Source of the DNA: Verrucomicrobiota bacterium
GTDB taxonomy: Bacteria; Verrucomicrobiota; Verrucomicrobiia; Chthoniobacterales; JACTMZ01
Reading direction: 5' to 3'
Assembly (NCBI GenBank): GCA_027624625.1
Contig: JAQBWH010000006.1
Span: 357-64,356, forward strand
DNA length: 64,000 nucleotides
The notes beneath the pieces were generated by a model. The model was not told the DNA's origin. It was given only the letters and a program-made list of their open reading frames with translations, and did not search any database. Below are positions 7,681-16,661 of this stretch, piece after piece. Position numbers and translations under genes: made by a program. Within the stretch, counting starts at the first letter, position 1, and every line of letters starts with the position of its first letter.

Positions 7681-9426
7681 TCAGGATTCGTTGAGGAGTC
7701 CGGTTCCGGCGCAGAGCCGGGCGTAGAGGCCGCCTTTTTGCAGGAGTTCCTCGTGTTTGCCCTGTTCGACGATGCGGCCTTGGTCGAGGACGAGAATCTG
7801 GTCGGCGTGGCGGACGGTCGAGAGGCGGTGGGCGATGACAAAGCTGGTCCGTTTTTGCAGAAGGCGGTCGAGGGCCTGCTGGATGAGTTTCTCGGTGGTG
7901 TTGTCGACGCTGGCGGTGGCTTCGTCGAGGAGGAGAACGGGTGGATCCTTGAGCAGGGCTCGGGCGATGGAGATGCGCTGTTTTTCGCCCACGCTCAGGC
8001 GCACGCCGCGTTCGCCGACTTCGGTGTCGAGTTGTTGGGGGAGTTTTTCGACGAAAGATGCGGCGTTGGCGGCGCGGAGGGCGGTCCAGAGTTCTTCGTC
8101 CGTGGCGTCCGTTTTGCCGAAGCGAAGGTTGTCGGCCACGGTGCCGTTGAAGAGGAAACTTTCCTGGGAGACGAGCCCGACCACGCGGCGGAGATCTTTT
8201 TTGGCGAAGTCGCGGATGTCCTGACCGTCGAGCGTGATCTGGCCCCCGGTCGACTCGTAGAAGCGCATGAGGAGTCCGACGAGGGACGATTTTCCCGCAC
8301 CGGTGGGGCCGACCAAGGCGACAGTTTCCCCGGGCTTGGCCGTGAGGTTGATCTCGTGGAGGACGTCGGGTCCGTCGCCGTAGGCGAAGCGGATGTTTTC
8401 GAATTTGATTTCGCCGTGGAGCGGGGACGGGAGAGGGGTCTGGCCGGCGTCCGGTTCGGGCGTGGCGTCGAGGATGTCAAAGACCCTTTTGCCGGCGGCG
8501 CGACCGGCTTGGATGATTTGGTTGAGTTGGTGGAGGCGTCCGACCGGCTCGTAAAGGAAGCGGACAAGGACGAGAAAGGCGACGAGAACACCGAGGTCGA
8601 GTTTGCCCTGGAGGGCGGCCCAGCCGCCGTAGCCGAGGACAACAAGGCTGCCCAGGGAGGAAAAGAAATTCATCCCCGGGTTGTAGAAAGCCCAGGCGCG
8701 CATCACGACGAGGGTGGCTTGGCGGAGCTTTTCGCTCGTGGTGTTGAAGCGTTCGTGTTCGGCGGTATCGCGGGCGTAACCTTTGATCTGGCGGATGCCA
8801 TCGAGGTTGTCGTGCAGGAGGGAGTTGAGATCGGAGGCGGCGCGGCGTTGCACTCCGTAGCGTTGGCCGGCAGTGAAGGTGTAGGCGAGGGCGCCGGCGA
8901 TGAGGAAAGGGACGGGAGTAAGCGCGCAGAGGGCGAGGGAGGGACTCCACCAGAGCATGAGACCGAAGACGACGGTGATCTGCAGGATGGCGACCGCCCC
9001 TTGTTCGATGCCGTCGATGAGGACACGTTCGACGCTGCCGACGTCTTCGACCACACGGGTCATGATGTCGCCGGTGGCGCGGTGGTCGAACCAGGTGAGG
9101 GGGAGAGATTGCAGCCGTTCGTAAAGATCGCTGCGCAGATCGAAGAGGACGCGTTGTTCGAAGGTGTTGTTGAGGAGAATACGCAGGGTGTTGAGTCCGT
9201 CCTGGGCGAAGAAGCCAAAGGCCGCGAGCGCGATCATCGGCCAGAGGGCCTCGGTTTTTCCGCCGCGCAGCACGTCGTCGATGATGCGCTGGGTGACCAC
9301 CGGGAAGATGATGACCATGACGGAGGCGCCAAGCGCGCAGAGCAAGGTGGCCGCGGCGAGCAGCGGGTAGCGGCGGAGATAGGCAAAGACTCGGGCGAGG
9401 ATACGCGGGGATTGGTCGAACGACAT
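7681..9426 (-). CDS. ABC exporter, fused permease/ATP-binding protein (MsbA/MdlB-like)
   Basis: 581 aa. An N-terminal 6-TM domain is followed by Walker A GPTGAGKSS, signature LSVGEKQR and Walker B LLLDEATAS. Confidence 0.9.
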   Translation of the reverse strand: MSFDQSPRILARVFAYLRRYPLLAAATLLCALGASVMVIIFPVVTQRIIDDVLRGGKTEALWPMIALAAFGFFAQDGLNTLRILLNNTFEQRVLFDLRSDLYERLQSLPLTWFDHRATGDIMTRVVEDVGSVERVLIDGIEQGAVAILQITVVFGLMLWWSPSLALCALTPVPFLIAGALAYTFTAGQRYGVQRRAASDLNSLLHDNLDGIRQIKGYARDTAEHERFNTTSEKLRQATLVVMRAWAFYNPGMNFFSSLGSLVVLGYGGWAALQGKLDLGVLVAFLVLVRFLYEPVGRLHQLNQIIQAGRAAGKRVFDILDATPEPDAGQTPLPSPLHGEIKFENIRFAYGDGPDVLHEINLTAKPGETVALVGPTGAGKSSLVGLLMRFYESTGGQITLDGQDIRDFAKKDLRRVVGLVSQESFLFNGTVADNLRFGKTDATDEELWTALRAANAASFVEKLPQQLDTEVGERGVRLSVGEKQRISIARALLKDPPVLLLDEATASVDNTTEKLIQQALDRLLQKRTSFVIAHRLSTVRHADQILVLDQGRIVEQGKHEELLQKGGLYARLCAGTGLLNES

Positions 9427-9600
9427 TGGGAGGTAGATAATAAAGGGTCTCGCGCGTCCGGGCGAGATGTCCCTCGCGTGACGGGACCGGGGAAAGTGCT
9501 TCGGGTTTGTCTAAATATCGCCAGTCTCTGCCCCGGTGTGGGTGGCGGGAATTATCCACCCGCAGGCCGGATATTTCGCCGACACTGGGGCGGGAGGACT

Positions 9601-9616
9601 TGGCACGGGGGTTGCT
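9601..9616 (+). promoter_or_regulatory. Sigma-54 (RpoN) -24/-12 promoter upstream of amtB-glnK
   Basis: TGGCAC-GGGGG-TTGCT matches the TGGCAC-N5-TTGCW consensus at every specified position. It lies about 107 nt upstream of the amtB ATG, in the divergent intergenic region. Confidence 0.7.
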
Positions 9617-9722
9617 TTAATCCCCTTACCGGTATCTTGCCAATCCACGCGGGCCCCGTGAGGGCAGTCGGGTGGATGCAAGGCCGGAAACTCAACCAAA
9701 AAACAAAATCCTGAATACGAAT

Positions 9723-11189
9723 ATGCGAACCAAAAAAATTCTTGGCGGATTGCTGATGGCCGTGATGGCCGCGCTCCCGCTGCAAGCGCAAGATGATCCC
9801 ATGGCCCCGGCTGTGGTAGTCGAGGAGTCGGCCGCCGTCGTTATTGACGCAGCCGGCGATATTGCCGTTGTCGCGACCGAAGCGGTCGCGGTGGCCGAAC
9901 CGGCTGAAGCGGAAGAGGAACCCACGCCGGTCGAGGCTTACTGGGCCGGTAAAGAGGCCGCACAGGCCATCTTCACGGTCAACAACCTCTGGATCTGCCT
10001 TGCGGCGGCGCTCGTGTTCCTCATGCACCTTGGCTTCGCCACGTTGGAATCTGGCCTGACGCAGGCGAAGAACACCACCAACATCCTGTTCAAGAACGTC
10101 TTCATCATCTGCATGGGTATTTTAGCCTATGCGGCTTACGGCTTCAATGCCATGTATCCGGGAGACAACTGGTCTATTCCCGGTTGGTTTGCCTTGGGTA
10201 CTCCAATTGCCAGTGGCTTCACTGAACCCGATGCCATCGTGGCCAACCTGACCAGCGAGTATAACGCGGGCTATACCATTTGGGGTGACTTTATCTTCCA
10301 AGCCATGTTTGCCGCAACGGCCGCCACAATCATTTCCGGCGCGGTGGCTGAGCGCATCAAACTCGGTTCGTTCATGCTCGGTGCGACGATTATTGTCGCC
10401 TTCGGCTATCCGATCACCGGCTCTTGGGAATGGGGCGGCGGCTGGCTGAGTGAAAACTTCATCGACTTCGCCGGTTCTTCCCTGGTGCATGCTTTCGGTG
10501 GTTATGCTGCCTTGGCCGCGGTGCTCATCCTCGGCCCTCGAGCTGGCAAATATGTGGACGGGAAAATCAGGCCGATTCTCGGGCACAGTATGCCGTTGGC
10601 CACCATCGGCGTCCTCTTGCTCTTTCTCGGATGGTTCGGTTTTAACGGTGGCTCTGTGCTCAGTGCCGATCCGGTGCTCGTCTCCTTGGTCTTCGTCACA
10701 ACGGCTTTGGCTGGGGCGGCGGGTGGTTTGGCGGCGGCTTTCACCTCGTGGATGGTTTTGAAAAAGCCCGATCTTTCGATGGCCCTGAACGGAATGCTGG
10801 CAGGTCTCGTCGGGATCACCGCGGGAGCTGACAGCATTGCCCCCTGGCCGGCCGTTTTGGTCGGCGCGATCTCCGGTGTCATCGTGGTCTTTTCGGTTCT
10901 GATGTTCGACCGTTTGAAGATCGACGATCCGGTCGGTGCCATTTCGGTGCACGGCATCTGCGGCAACTGGGGCACGATCGCGGTGGGTATTTTTGGCGCG
11001 GGCGCGCTATCCGTGCAGATTATCGGCACGGTTGCCATTTCGGCCTTCGCCTTTATCTTTTCGCTTGTCACCTTCGGAGTGATCAAAGCGATCTTCGGCC
11101 TGCGGGTCAGCGCCGAGGAAGAAGAGGAGGGTCTCGACATCGGGGAGCACGGCCAGGAGGCCTATCCCGACTTCGTAGCCAACAAGTAA
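9723..11189 (+). CDS. amtB: Ammonium transporter Amt
   Basis: The Amt core has FATLESG, AMFAATAATIISGAVAERIKL and VHGICGNWG. A long signal/acidic N-terminal extension precedes it. Start chosen at MRTKKILGG; the ORF track begins at 9672. Confidence 0.9.
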   Translation: MRTKKILGGLLMAVMAALPLQAQDDPMAPAVVVEESAAVVIDAAGDIAVVATEAVAVAEPAEAEEEPTPVEAYWAGKEAAQAIFTVNNLWICLAAALVFLMHLGFATLESGLTQAKNTTNILFKNVFIICMGILAYAAYGFNAMYPGDNWSIPGWFALGTPIASGFTEPDAIVANLTSEYNAGYTIWGDFIFQAMFAATAATIISGAVAERIKLGSFMLGATIIVAFGYPITGSWEWGGGWLSENFIDFAGSSLVHAFGGYAALAAVLILGPRAGKYVDGKIRPILGHSMPLATIGVLLLFLGWFGFNGGSVLSADPVLVSLVFVTTALAGAAGGLAAAFTSWMVLKKPDLSMALNGMLAGLVGITAGADSIAPWPAVLVGAISGVIVVFSVLMFDRLKIDDPVGAISVHGICGNWGTIAVGIFGAGALSVQIIGTVAISAFAFIFSLVTFGVIKAIFGLRVSAEEEEEGLDIGEHGQEAYPDFVANK

Positions 11190-11555
<366 letters not shown>

Positions 11556-11601
11556 CAAATTGTGCCCCGTGTGGGGCCTGATTGGGTTGATATAGCACGA
11601 G

Positions 11602-11637
11602 GCGGCGGGGACGCGGGTCCCCGCCGCTTTCGTCTTT
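11602..11637 (+). terminator. Rho-independent terminator after glnK
   Basis: An 11-bp perfect stem GCGGCGGGGAC / GTCCCCGCCGC with a GCGG loop is followed by TTTCGTCTTT. Confidence 0.75.
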
Positions 11638-11669
11638 ATGTCGGCTCGGGCATGGTGCAGGGTGATGGG

Positions 11670-12140
11670 ATGAAGAAAGCCTTGTTCCTGTTCCTCGGTA
11701 TGGCCTTGTGCGGTTGCGCCACGACCCGCGTCCCTCAACTCGAGCAACCGGGTTACATGAAGGTGCTCGCGGCCAAGAAAGTTGCGCCGGTGACCTATGC
11801 ACGCATCGCGCACGGGCGGGTCCTCGGGTATGACGACATCAGGAACCTCGCCACGCAGGGCATCCCGGGCAAGATGATCGTGCCGTATTTGAAGGCGACC
11901 AAGACGCCTTACGACTTTTCGAGCCAGCAGATCAACGGGTTGGTCGATGCGGGAGCGGATAGCACGCTGGTCAATTATCTGGGCAAAGCGAAGGGCATCT
12001 ATCTCGAAGATGCCGGCAACATTCCTTCCTCCACCGCCGGGCTGCACCCTTACTGGTCCGACCCGGGTTATGCCGGGATGGCGCCTTTCGGCTTCGGCTA
12101 TCCCGATGCCTGGGCCGGGGACTTCATCGGGCTCTATTGA
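11670..12140 (+). CDS. Hypothetical lipoprotein
   Basis: Start chosen at MKKALFLFLGMALCGC (signal peptide plus lipobox Cys). 156 aa with no recognised domain. Confidence 0.6.
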   Translation: MKKALFLFLGMALCGCATTRVPQLEQPGYMKVLAAKKVAPVTYARIAHGRVLGYDDIRNLATQGIPGKMIVPYLKATKTPYDFSSQQINGLVDAGADSTLVNYLGKAKGIYLEDAGNIPSSTAGLHPYWSDPGYAGMAPFGFGYPDAWAGDFIGLY

Positions 12141-12156
12141 AGCGCAGCTCTGCCGG

Positions 12157-12351
12157 ATGATGAAGGATGGGATCTTCCAGTCTTGGGGGTCCGTGCCGAT
12201 CATCGGTGGAGGGCAACCGGTGGTGACGATGCGGGATGGACCGACGGTCGGTGGTTATCCGAAGATAGGTTGGCTTGAGGAAGAAGAAGGCCACCGTTTG
12301 GCGCAGGTGCCGCCAGGCGGCACGGTCAGATCCGAGCTGCTGAAGATATGA
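12157..12351 (+). pseudogene. C-terminal remnant of 5-oxoprolinase subunit C (PxpC/KipA, allophanate hydrolase subunit 2)
   Basis: Only about 55 aa resemble the PxpC C-terminus: GQPVVTMRDGPTVGGYPKIG...LAQVPPGGTVR. The stop overlaps the pxpA ATG (ATGA). The roughly 250-aa N-terminal part and pxpB are absent. Confidence 0.6.
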
Positions 12352-13070
12352 AAGTGCTGCTCAATTGCGATCTGGGAGAGGGAGAGCCCGCGGAAGTCAC
12401 GACCGCGATGCTCCAGTTGGTGGATTTGGCCAATGTCGCGTGCGGCGGTCACGCGGGTGACGAGGCGACCATGCGGCGTGTGGTGCGGGAAGCACTGCGG
12501 CTCGGGGTGCAGGCGGGTGCGCATCCCGGCTGGCCGGATCGGGAAAATTTCGGGCGCGCCGCGGTGGAGGTCAGTGCGGGTGAGTTGACGCAACTGCTCG
12601 AGGAGCAGGTGCGTGCCCTGCAGCGCGCAGCAGCCGTTGAGGGTGGCCGGGTCGGTCATGTGAAGTTGCACGGGGTGCTTTACCATCTCTGCGACGAACG
12701 TACGGATCTGGCCGAGGCGTGCGTTGATTGGATGGAGCTAGAGTTGGAGGGTGTACCCCTGGTTGTCGGCGCGGGCGGATTGCTTCACGCGGTGGGCGAA
12801 GCGCGGGGCGTCCCGCTTCTACGGGAAATTTTTGCCGAGCGCGGCTATGCGGCAGAAGCTCGATTGCTGCCGCGGGGCGAAGCGGGAGCGTTGATTGATG
12901 ATCCGTTGAGTGTGGCGGGCCGGATCAGGGATTGGCAAACGAGCGGGTATTTGGAGGTTGGCGGGGGGAAAAAATGGTTGGTCGAGGCCGAAACAGTGTG
13001 CGTGCCTGCGGATTCACCGCAAAGTGTGGCTCTGGCCCGGGTGGTCCGGGCGGCGATCGGTGCCGCCTGA
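12348..13070 (+). CDS. pxpA: 5-oxoprolinase subunit A (LamB/YcsF family)
   Basis: 240 aa. It has the N-terminus LNCDLGEG and ANVACGGHAGD, which are LamB/YcsF hallmarks. Confidence 0.88.
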   Translation: MKVLLNCDLGEGEPAEVTTAMLQLVDLANVACGGHAGDEATMRRVVREALRLGVQAGAHPGWPDRENFGRAAVEVSAGELTQLLEEQVRALQRAAAVEGGRVGHVKLHGVLYHLCDERTDLAEACVDWMELELEGVPLVVGAGGLLHAVGEARGVPLLREIFAERGYAAEARLLPRGEAGALIDDPLSVAGRIRDWQTSGYLEVGGGKKWLVEAETVCVPADSPQSVALARVVRAAIGAA

Positions 13071-13081
13071 CCGGGCCGCTT

Positions 13082-13657
13082 TCACCGAGCATCCAACTTT
13101 TTCATTCTCCCCCGCACGTGGGCGATGATGGCAAGGTGGATAGTAAGCGCTACGCCCAGACCGAGTGCTTGCCACGGGGCTGAGCCATGCCCGGCGGCGT
13201 GGAGCCCCCAAATCCCGAAGATCCCGGCGGGCAAAAACAAGCATACGGCCGTGACCAACCCAGGGTTGTAGCGGCGGAGCGCCACGCCTTGGGCGACATG
13301 GATGATGCCATTGAGGAGCGTCAACCAAATCGCGATGAGTCCGAAACCCATATTGACCAAGTGGGCCAGCGCAATGGCCGCCAGATTGACGCCCCAGACG
13401 CCCGGGATATTGATCATGAAGACTGCTTTTGGCGTCAGGACATCCCGTCCGTGGCCCACGAGTTGGTTGACAAAAATCCGAAACTTATCAGCGTCATGTT
13501 CCTCGTATTGGTGGATCATGTAGATGGGCAGCTGAATCGCCACGAGCCAGAGTGCCGCGCTCCAGTCACCGCCGATGGCCGCAAACAGGCCGAGAATAAG
13601 GATCGCGGCAAGGAATCCGCCGTAGACCCAGTTGTCGATGAGCCTCTGCATGCTCAA
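13082..13657 (-). CDS. HXXEE domain-containing membrane protein
   Basis: 191 aa with multiple TM segments and the motif IHQYEEH (HXXEE). Confidence 0.7.
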   Translation of the reverse strand: MSMQRLIDNWVYGGFLAAILILGLFAAIGGDWSAALWLVAIQLPIYMIHQYEEHDADKFRIFVNQLVGHGRDVLTPKAVFMINIPGVWGVNLAAIALAHLVNMGFGLIAIWLTLLNGIIHVAQGVALRRYNPGLVTAVCLFLPAGIFGIWGLHAAGHGSAPWQALGLGVALTIHLAIIAHVRGRMKKLDAR

Positions 13658-13668
13658 AAGGGTGGGTT

Positions 13669-13688
13669 AAATTGGCTTTTTAAGCCAA
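13669..13688 (-). terminator. Possible terminator hairpin downstream of the SDR gene
   Basis: TTGGCTT-TTT-AAGCCAA forms a 7-bp stem. On the minus strand it is followed only by a short TTTAA tract. Confidence 0.3.
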
Positions 13689-13788
13689 CACCTTCCGGAC
13701 CTTGGAGATCCGGACCGCACCCGGTTTGCCCAACTGGCTTCAGGACCGGCCGCATGAGGACGGGGAAGCAAACTTTTCTTGAAGCGGT

Positions 13789-14622
13789 TCAAAAAGAACG
13801 GGATTCGACCGCATCAAGGATGGAGGGGTATCGGGGGGACCATCCGGTGCGGCGGAGCTTGGTGTTGCGGACACGCTTGCCGGTTGAGATTTTGTGTCCA
13901 TGGGCCGGCGTCGGCGCGCCTGTGCGGATGGATTCGGCCAGATCGTCACGACGGGACGGGTGGTCGTCGACGGCATTGAAGATGCCGGGTTGGCGCTGGG
14001 ATGCGATGTGGAAGAGGGCGCGGGCGGCATCGTCGCGATGGATGAGATTGATGAAGGCGTCGGGGGCACCGAAAGGAAGGGGTTGGCCGGCGCGGGCGGC
14101 CTCGATGAAGCGGGCCCGGCCCGGGCCGTAGATGCCGCCGAGACGGACGGCGGCCCCATTTGCCTGCAGGGCAAGTTGCTCGGCCTCGAGCAAGACGTCG
14201 CCGGTCGGTGTGCCGCCGGTCGGGGATGATTCGTCGACTTCGGTGGCGTCGTTTTGCGGATAGACCGATGTGCTGCTGGTGAAAACGGTGAAGGCGGGAT
14301 CGAGAAGCTCGAGAAGATTGTGCAGGGTCTGGCAATAAACCGTGCGGTAAGCTTCCGGGTTGCGGCCATCTTTACCGCTCAAGCAGTGGATGAGCAGGTC
14401 GGGGCTGGGTTGGCCGGTCAAGGCGGCCTGCAGTTGTCCGGGATCCGCGGCATCCGCGGCGATGACGCGGTAGGGTTTGCCGGCCAGTCGCCGGGCGGAT
14501 TCTTCCGAGGAAACAAGAGCGGTGACCTCGCTGCCTGCCTCGCAAAAAAAATCCGCGCATCTTTCGCCGGTGTAGCCACAGCCAGCAAGGAAGATGCGCG
14601 GAGTTGGAACGGATGGACTCAG
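13789..14622 (-). CDS. NAD(P)-dependent epimerase/dehydratase-like (extended SDR) protein
   Basis: The ORF track starts at TTG 14421. The in-frame upstream sequence encodes the Rossmann motif RIFLAGCGYTGERCADFF (about 14598..14545) with no ATG, GTG or TTG before it. The 5-prime end is tentatively placed at a CTG overlapping the rpsU stop. Confidence 0.6.
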   Translation of the reverse strand: MSPSVPTPRIFLAGCGYTGERCADFFCEAGSEVTALVSSEESARRLAGKPYRVIAADAADPGQLQAALTGQPSPDLLIHCLSGKDGRNPEAYRTVYCQTLHNLLELLDPAFTVFTSSTSVYPQNDATEVDESSPTGGTPTGDVLLEAEQLALQANGAAVRLGGIYGPGRARFIEAARAGQPLPFGAPDAFINLIHRDDAARALFHIASQRQPGIFNAVDDHPSRRDDLAESIRTGAPTPAHGHKISTGKRVRNTKLRRTGWSPRYPSILDAVESRSF

Positions 14623-14816
14623 GATGGGTTGAAGCGGTGCTTCATTTTGGCGCGTTTGGCGTTGGCCTTGGCTTTACGACGGGTTTTCTGGGTCGGCGTC
14701 TCAAAAGCGCGCAGGCGACGCACCTCATCCATGATTCCCTCGGAGTCTAGTTTCGATTTCAACCGCTTGATCGCGCGGTCAATCGACTCTCCTTTGCGAA
14801 CGATGACTTCGGGCAT
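14619..14816 (-). CDS. rpsU: 30S ribosomal protein S21
   Basis: 65 aa: MPEVIVRKGESIDRAIKRLKSKL...RAFETPTQKTRRKAKA. Confidence 0.95.
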   Translation of the reverse strand: MPEVIVRKGESIDRAIKRLKSKLDSEGIMDEVRRLRAFETPTQKTRRKAKANAKRAKMKHRFNPS

Positions 14817-14973
14817 TAGTGATTCACATCCTTTCTAGGTGTCTGGGGAGGCATGGATTAAAGCGTAGGAGGGCATCCCAAGGGGCGTCAAATAATACTT
14901 TTATCCATTGGTTGCCAACACTTTAAGCGTGATTTTGGTCCCCCCAAGACCCTTATTTCCGGCTCCGGCGGGG

Positions 14974-16620
14974 TCAGCGGACCCGGGCCAGGCATTCGGT
15001 CAGGTAGGGCAGGAGTTGTTTTTTGCGCGAAACCACGCCTTCGAGGAACCAAACGCGGTCCGATTGCTCCGGGTAAGTGATGGAGCGGAGGAAGTCGCCG
15101 TTTCCCTCGACGAGAAGATAAGAATTTTGCTCGTTGATGTCTGTCACGAGCAGAGCGGCAAAGAAAAGGCCTTCGGACCGGACCCGCTCGCGCAGCGCCG
15201 CGAGGAGGTGTTCGCGTTGGGAGTCGAAGTTGGCAAAAGTGACTTCTTCGATTTGCGCCACACTGAAGCGGAGTCCTTTTTCCTCATACTGTTTGGCATC
15301 AGCCCCGACAACTTTGTCCGGGCTCATGGTCTGCAAGGGTGAGCCAACGGCGAAAATTTCCGCCGCGAGGTCTCCGGCACTAATACCTGCGGCCACCCCC
15401 AAGTCCGCGAGAAACCGACGGTCGGTTTCCGTGGCGGTCGGCGATGTGCCGTTCAGGGTGTCGGCCACGATGCCGGCGAGAAGAAGTCCGGCCACGGAGC
15501 GTTCGGGGGCGAGACCAGACCGCTGGTAGAGGTCGGCAACAATGGTGCAAGTCGACCCGACGGGCTGGTTGAGAAAAAGGATGGGAGCCTCGGTCGACCG
15601 GTTGCCGAGCCGGTGGTGATCGATGATTTCGATCACGGGCAAGTTGTCTGCTCCGGGAACGGCCTGCGAAAGTTCGTTGTGGTCGACAAGGATGAGCTGC
15701 CGCAAGGGTCCCTTGAGAAAGTCGCTCTTGGAAAGGATGCCCTCCAACCGTGCCTCGCTATCGAGCACGGGGAAAATAAATTTGTTGGAGAGGGCCACGC
15801 TGCGGCGGGCCAATTCGAGCGGGGCGTCGCCGTCGAATTTTTCCGGAACCTCCTCGAGCGCGTGCCGGGCGACCATGGCGCCACGGGCAAAAATCACACT
15901 CGTGGCGGTGTCCCACGGGGAAGCAATGACGGCCATGCCGGCGGCCTGCGCCTCAGCGGCAAAGGTGGGATCAACCTCGGCCCCGCCGGTGACGACGAGC
16001 GCGCTGATCCCGCCTTGAAGTGCGGTGCGGTGCACGTTCTCACGATCGCCGACGAAAAGGACGGTGCGTGCGGGTTCGAGATTGCGAAGGCGGTTGGCGA
16101 AGGTGTCCGCGTCCATCGCGGCCACCACGAGGGCATACGTCTCTTCGTGGGAAGAGAGCGGCCCGGTGAGCGAGCGTCCTTCGAATGTCCCCGCGATATT
16201 GGCGAGGCTGGCCAGCACTTCGCGGGCCTGCTGGGCCGTCTGGCGCGAGGGCATGACCAATCCGAGCAGTTTGTTTTCGCTGATCGTGCCGTGAAAGCGC
16301 AGGTCTTCATCCACCACGGGAAGGGCGCGCAGGCGTTTGGATGACATCAGGCCGAGGGCCTCGGCGATCGGTTGGTCCGGACGGATCCCGACGTAATCCT
16401 TGATCATGGCGTCGCGCACCCTCGGGGTGACATCGGGGAGGAATTCGGGTTGGGGCACGCCGAATTTTTCGAGAACGAAAGCGATACGTTCGTTCAATGC
16501 GCCGGCGCGGGCCGGGCGGACACCTTTTTCGCCCAACCGTTCCTTCAGCGCGGCGTAAGCCACGGCGGAACAGACCGAATCCATGTCCGGGTTGCGGTGG
16601 CCGATAACGATGGTTTCCAT
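14974..16620 (-). CDS. CBS-domain family II inorganic pyrophosphatase (DHH/DHHA2, CBS-DRTGG insert)
   Basis: 548 aa. It has DHH motifs GHRNPDMDS, LVDHNE and IIDHHRLG, an inserted CBS pair, and a C-terminal DHHA2-like region. Confidence 0.8.
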   Translation of the reverse strand: METIVIGHRNPDMDSVCSAVAYAALKERLGEKGVRPARAGALNERIAFVLEKFGVPQPEFLPDVTPRVRDAMIKDYVGIRPDQPIAEALGLMSSKRLRALPVVDEDLRFHGTISENKLLGLVMPSRQTAQQAREVLASLANIAGTFEGRSLTGPLSSHEETYALVVAAMDADTFANRLRNLEPARTVLFVGDRENVHRTALQGGISALVVTGGAEVDPTFAAEAQAAGMAVIASPWDTATSVIFARGAMVARHALEEVPEKFDGDAPLELARRSVALSNKFIFPVLDSEARLEGILSKSDFLKGPLRQLILVDHNELSQAVPGADNLPVIEIIDHHRLGNRSTEAPILFLNQPVGSTCTIVADLYQRSGLAPERSVAGLLLAGIVADTLNGTSPTATETDRRFLADLGVAAGISAGDLAAEIFAVGSPLQTMSPDKVVGADAKQYEEKGLRFSVAQIEEVTFANFDSQREHLLAALRERVRSEGLFFAALLVTDINEQNSYLLVEGNGDFLRSITYPEQSDRVWFLEGVVSRKKQLLPYLTECLARVR

Positions 16621-16661
16621 GGGAAGTGGAAGGACACCACGCGCCGCGAGCGGAAGCGGAC

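Noticed and set aside
7134-9700. Possible genomic island integrated at the tmRNA 3-prime end
   Set aside because: No integrase, no repeat of the ssrA 3-prime end and no compositional shift were seen. The downstream genes are an ordinary membrane protein and an ABC exporter.
7501-9714. 737-aa plus-strand ORF covering the whole ABC exporter locus
   Set aside because: It is antisense to a gene with unmistakable ABC motifs. Its composition (G/E/A/V/D-rich, no motifs) is typical of spurious mirror ORFs in high-GC DNA.
11947-12156. Upstream part of the 134-aa ORF 11947..12351
   Set aside because: It overlaps the lipoprotein gene in another frame and shows no PxpC similarity. Only the last roughly 55-64 codons are meaningful.
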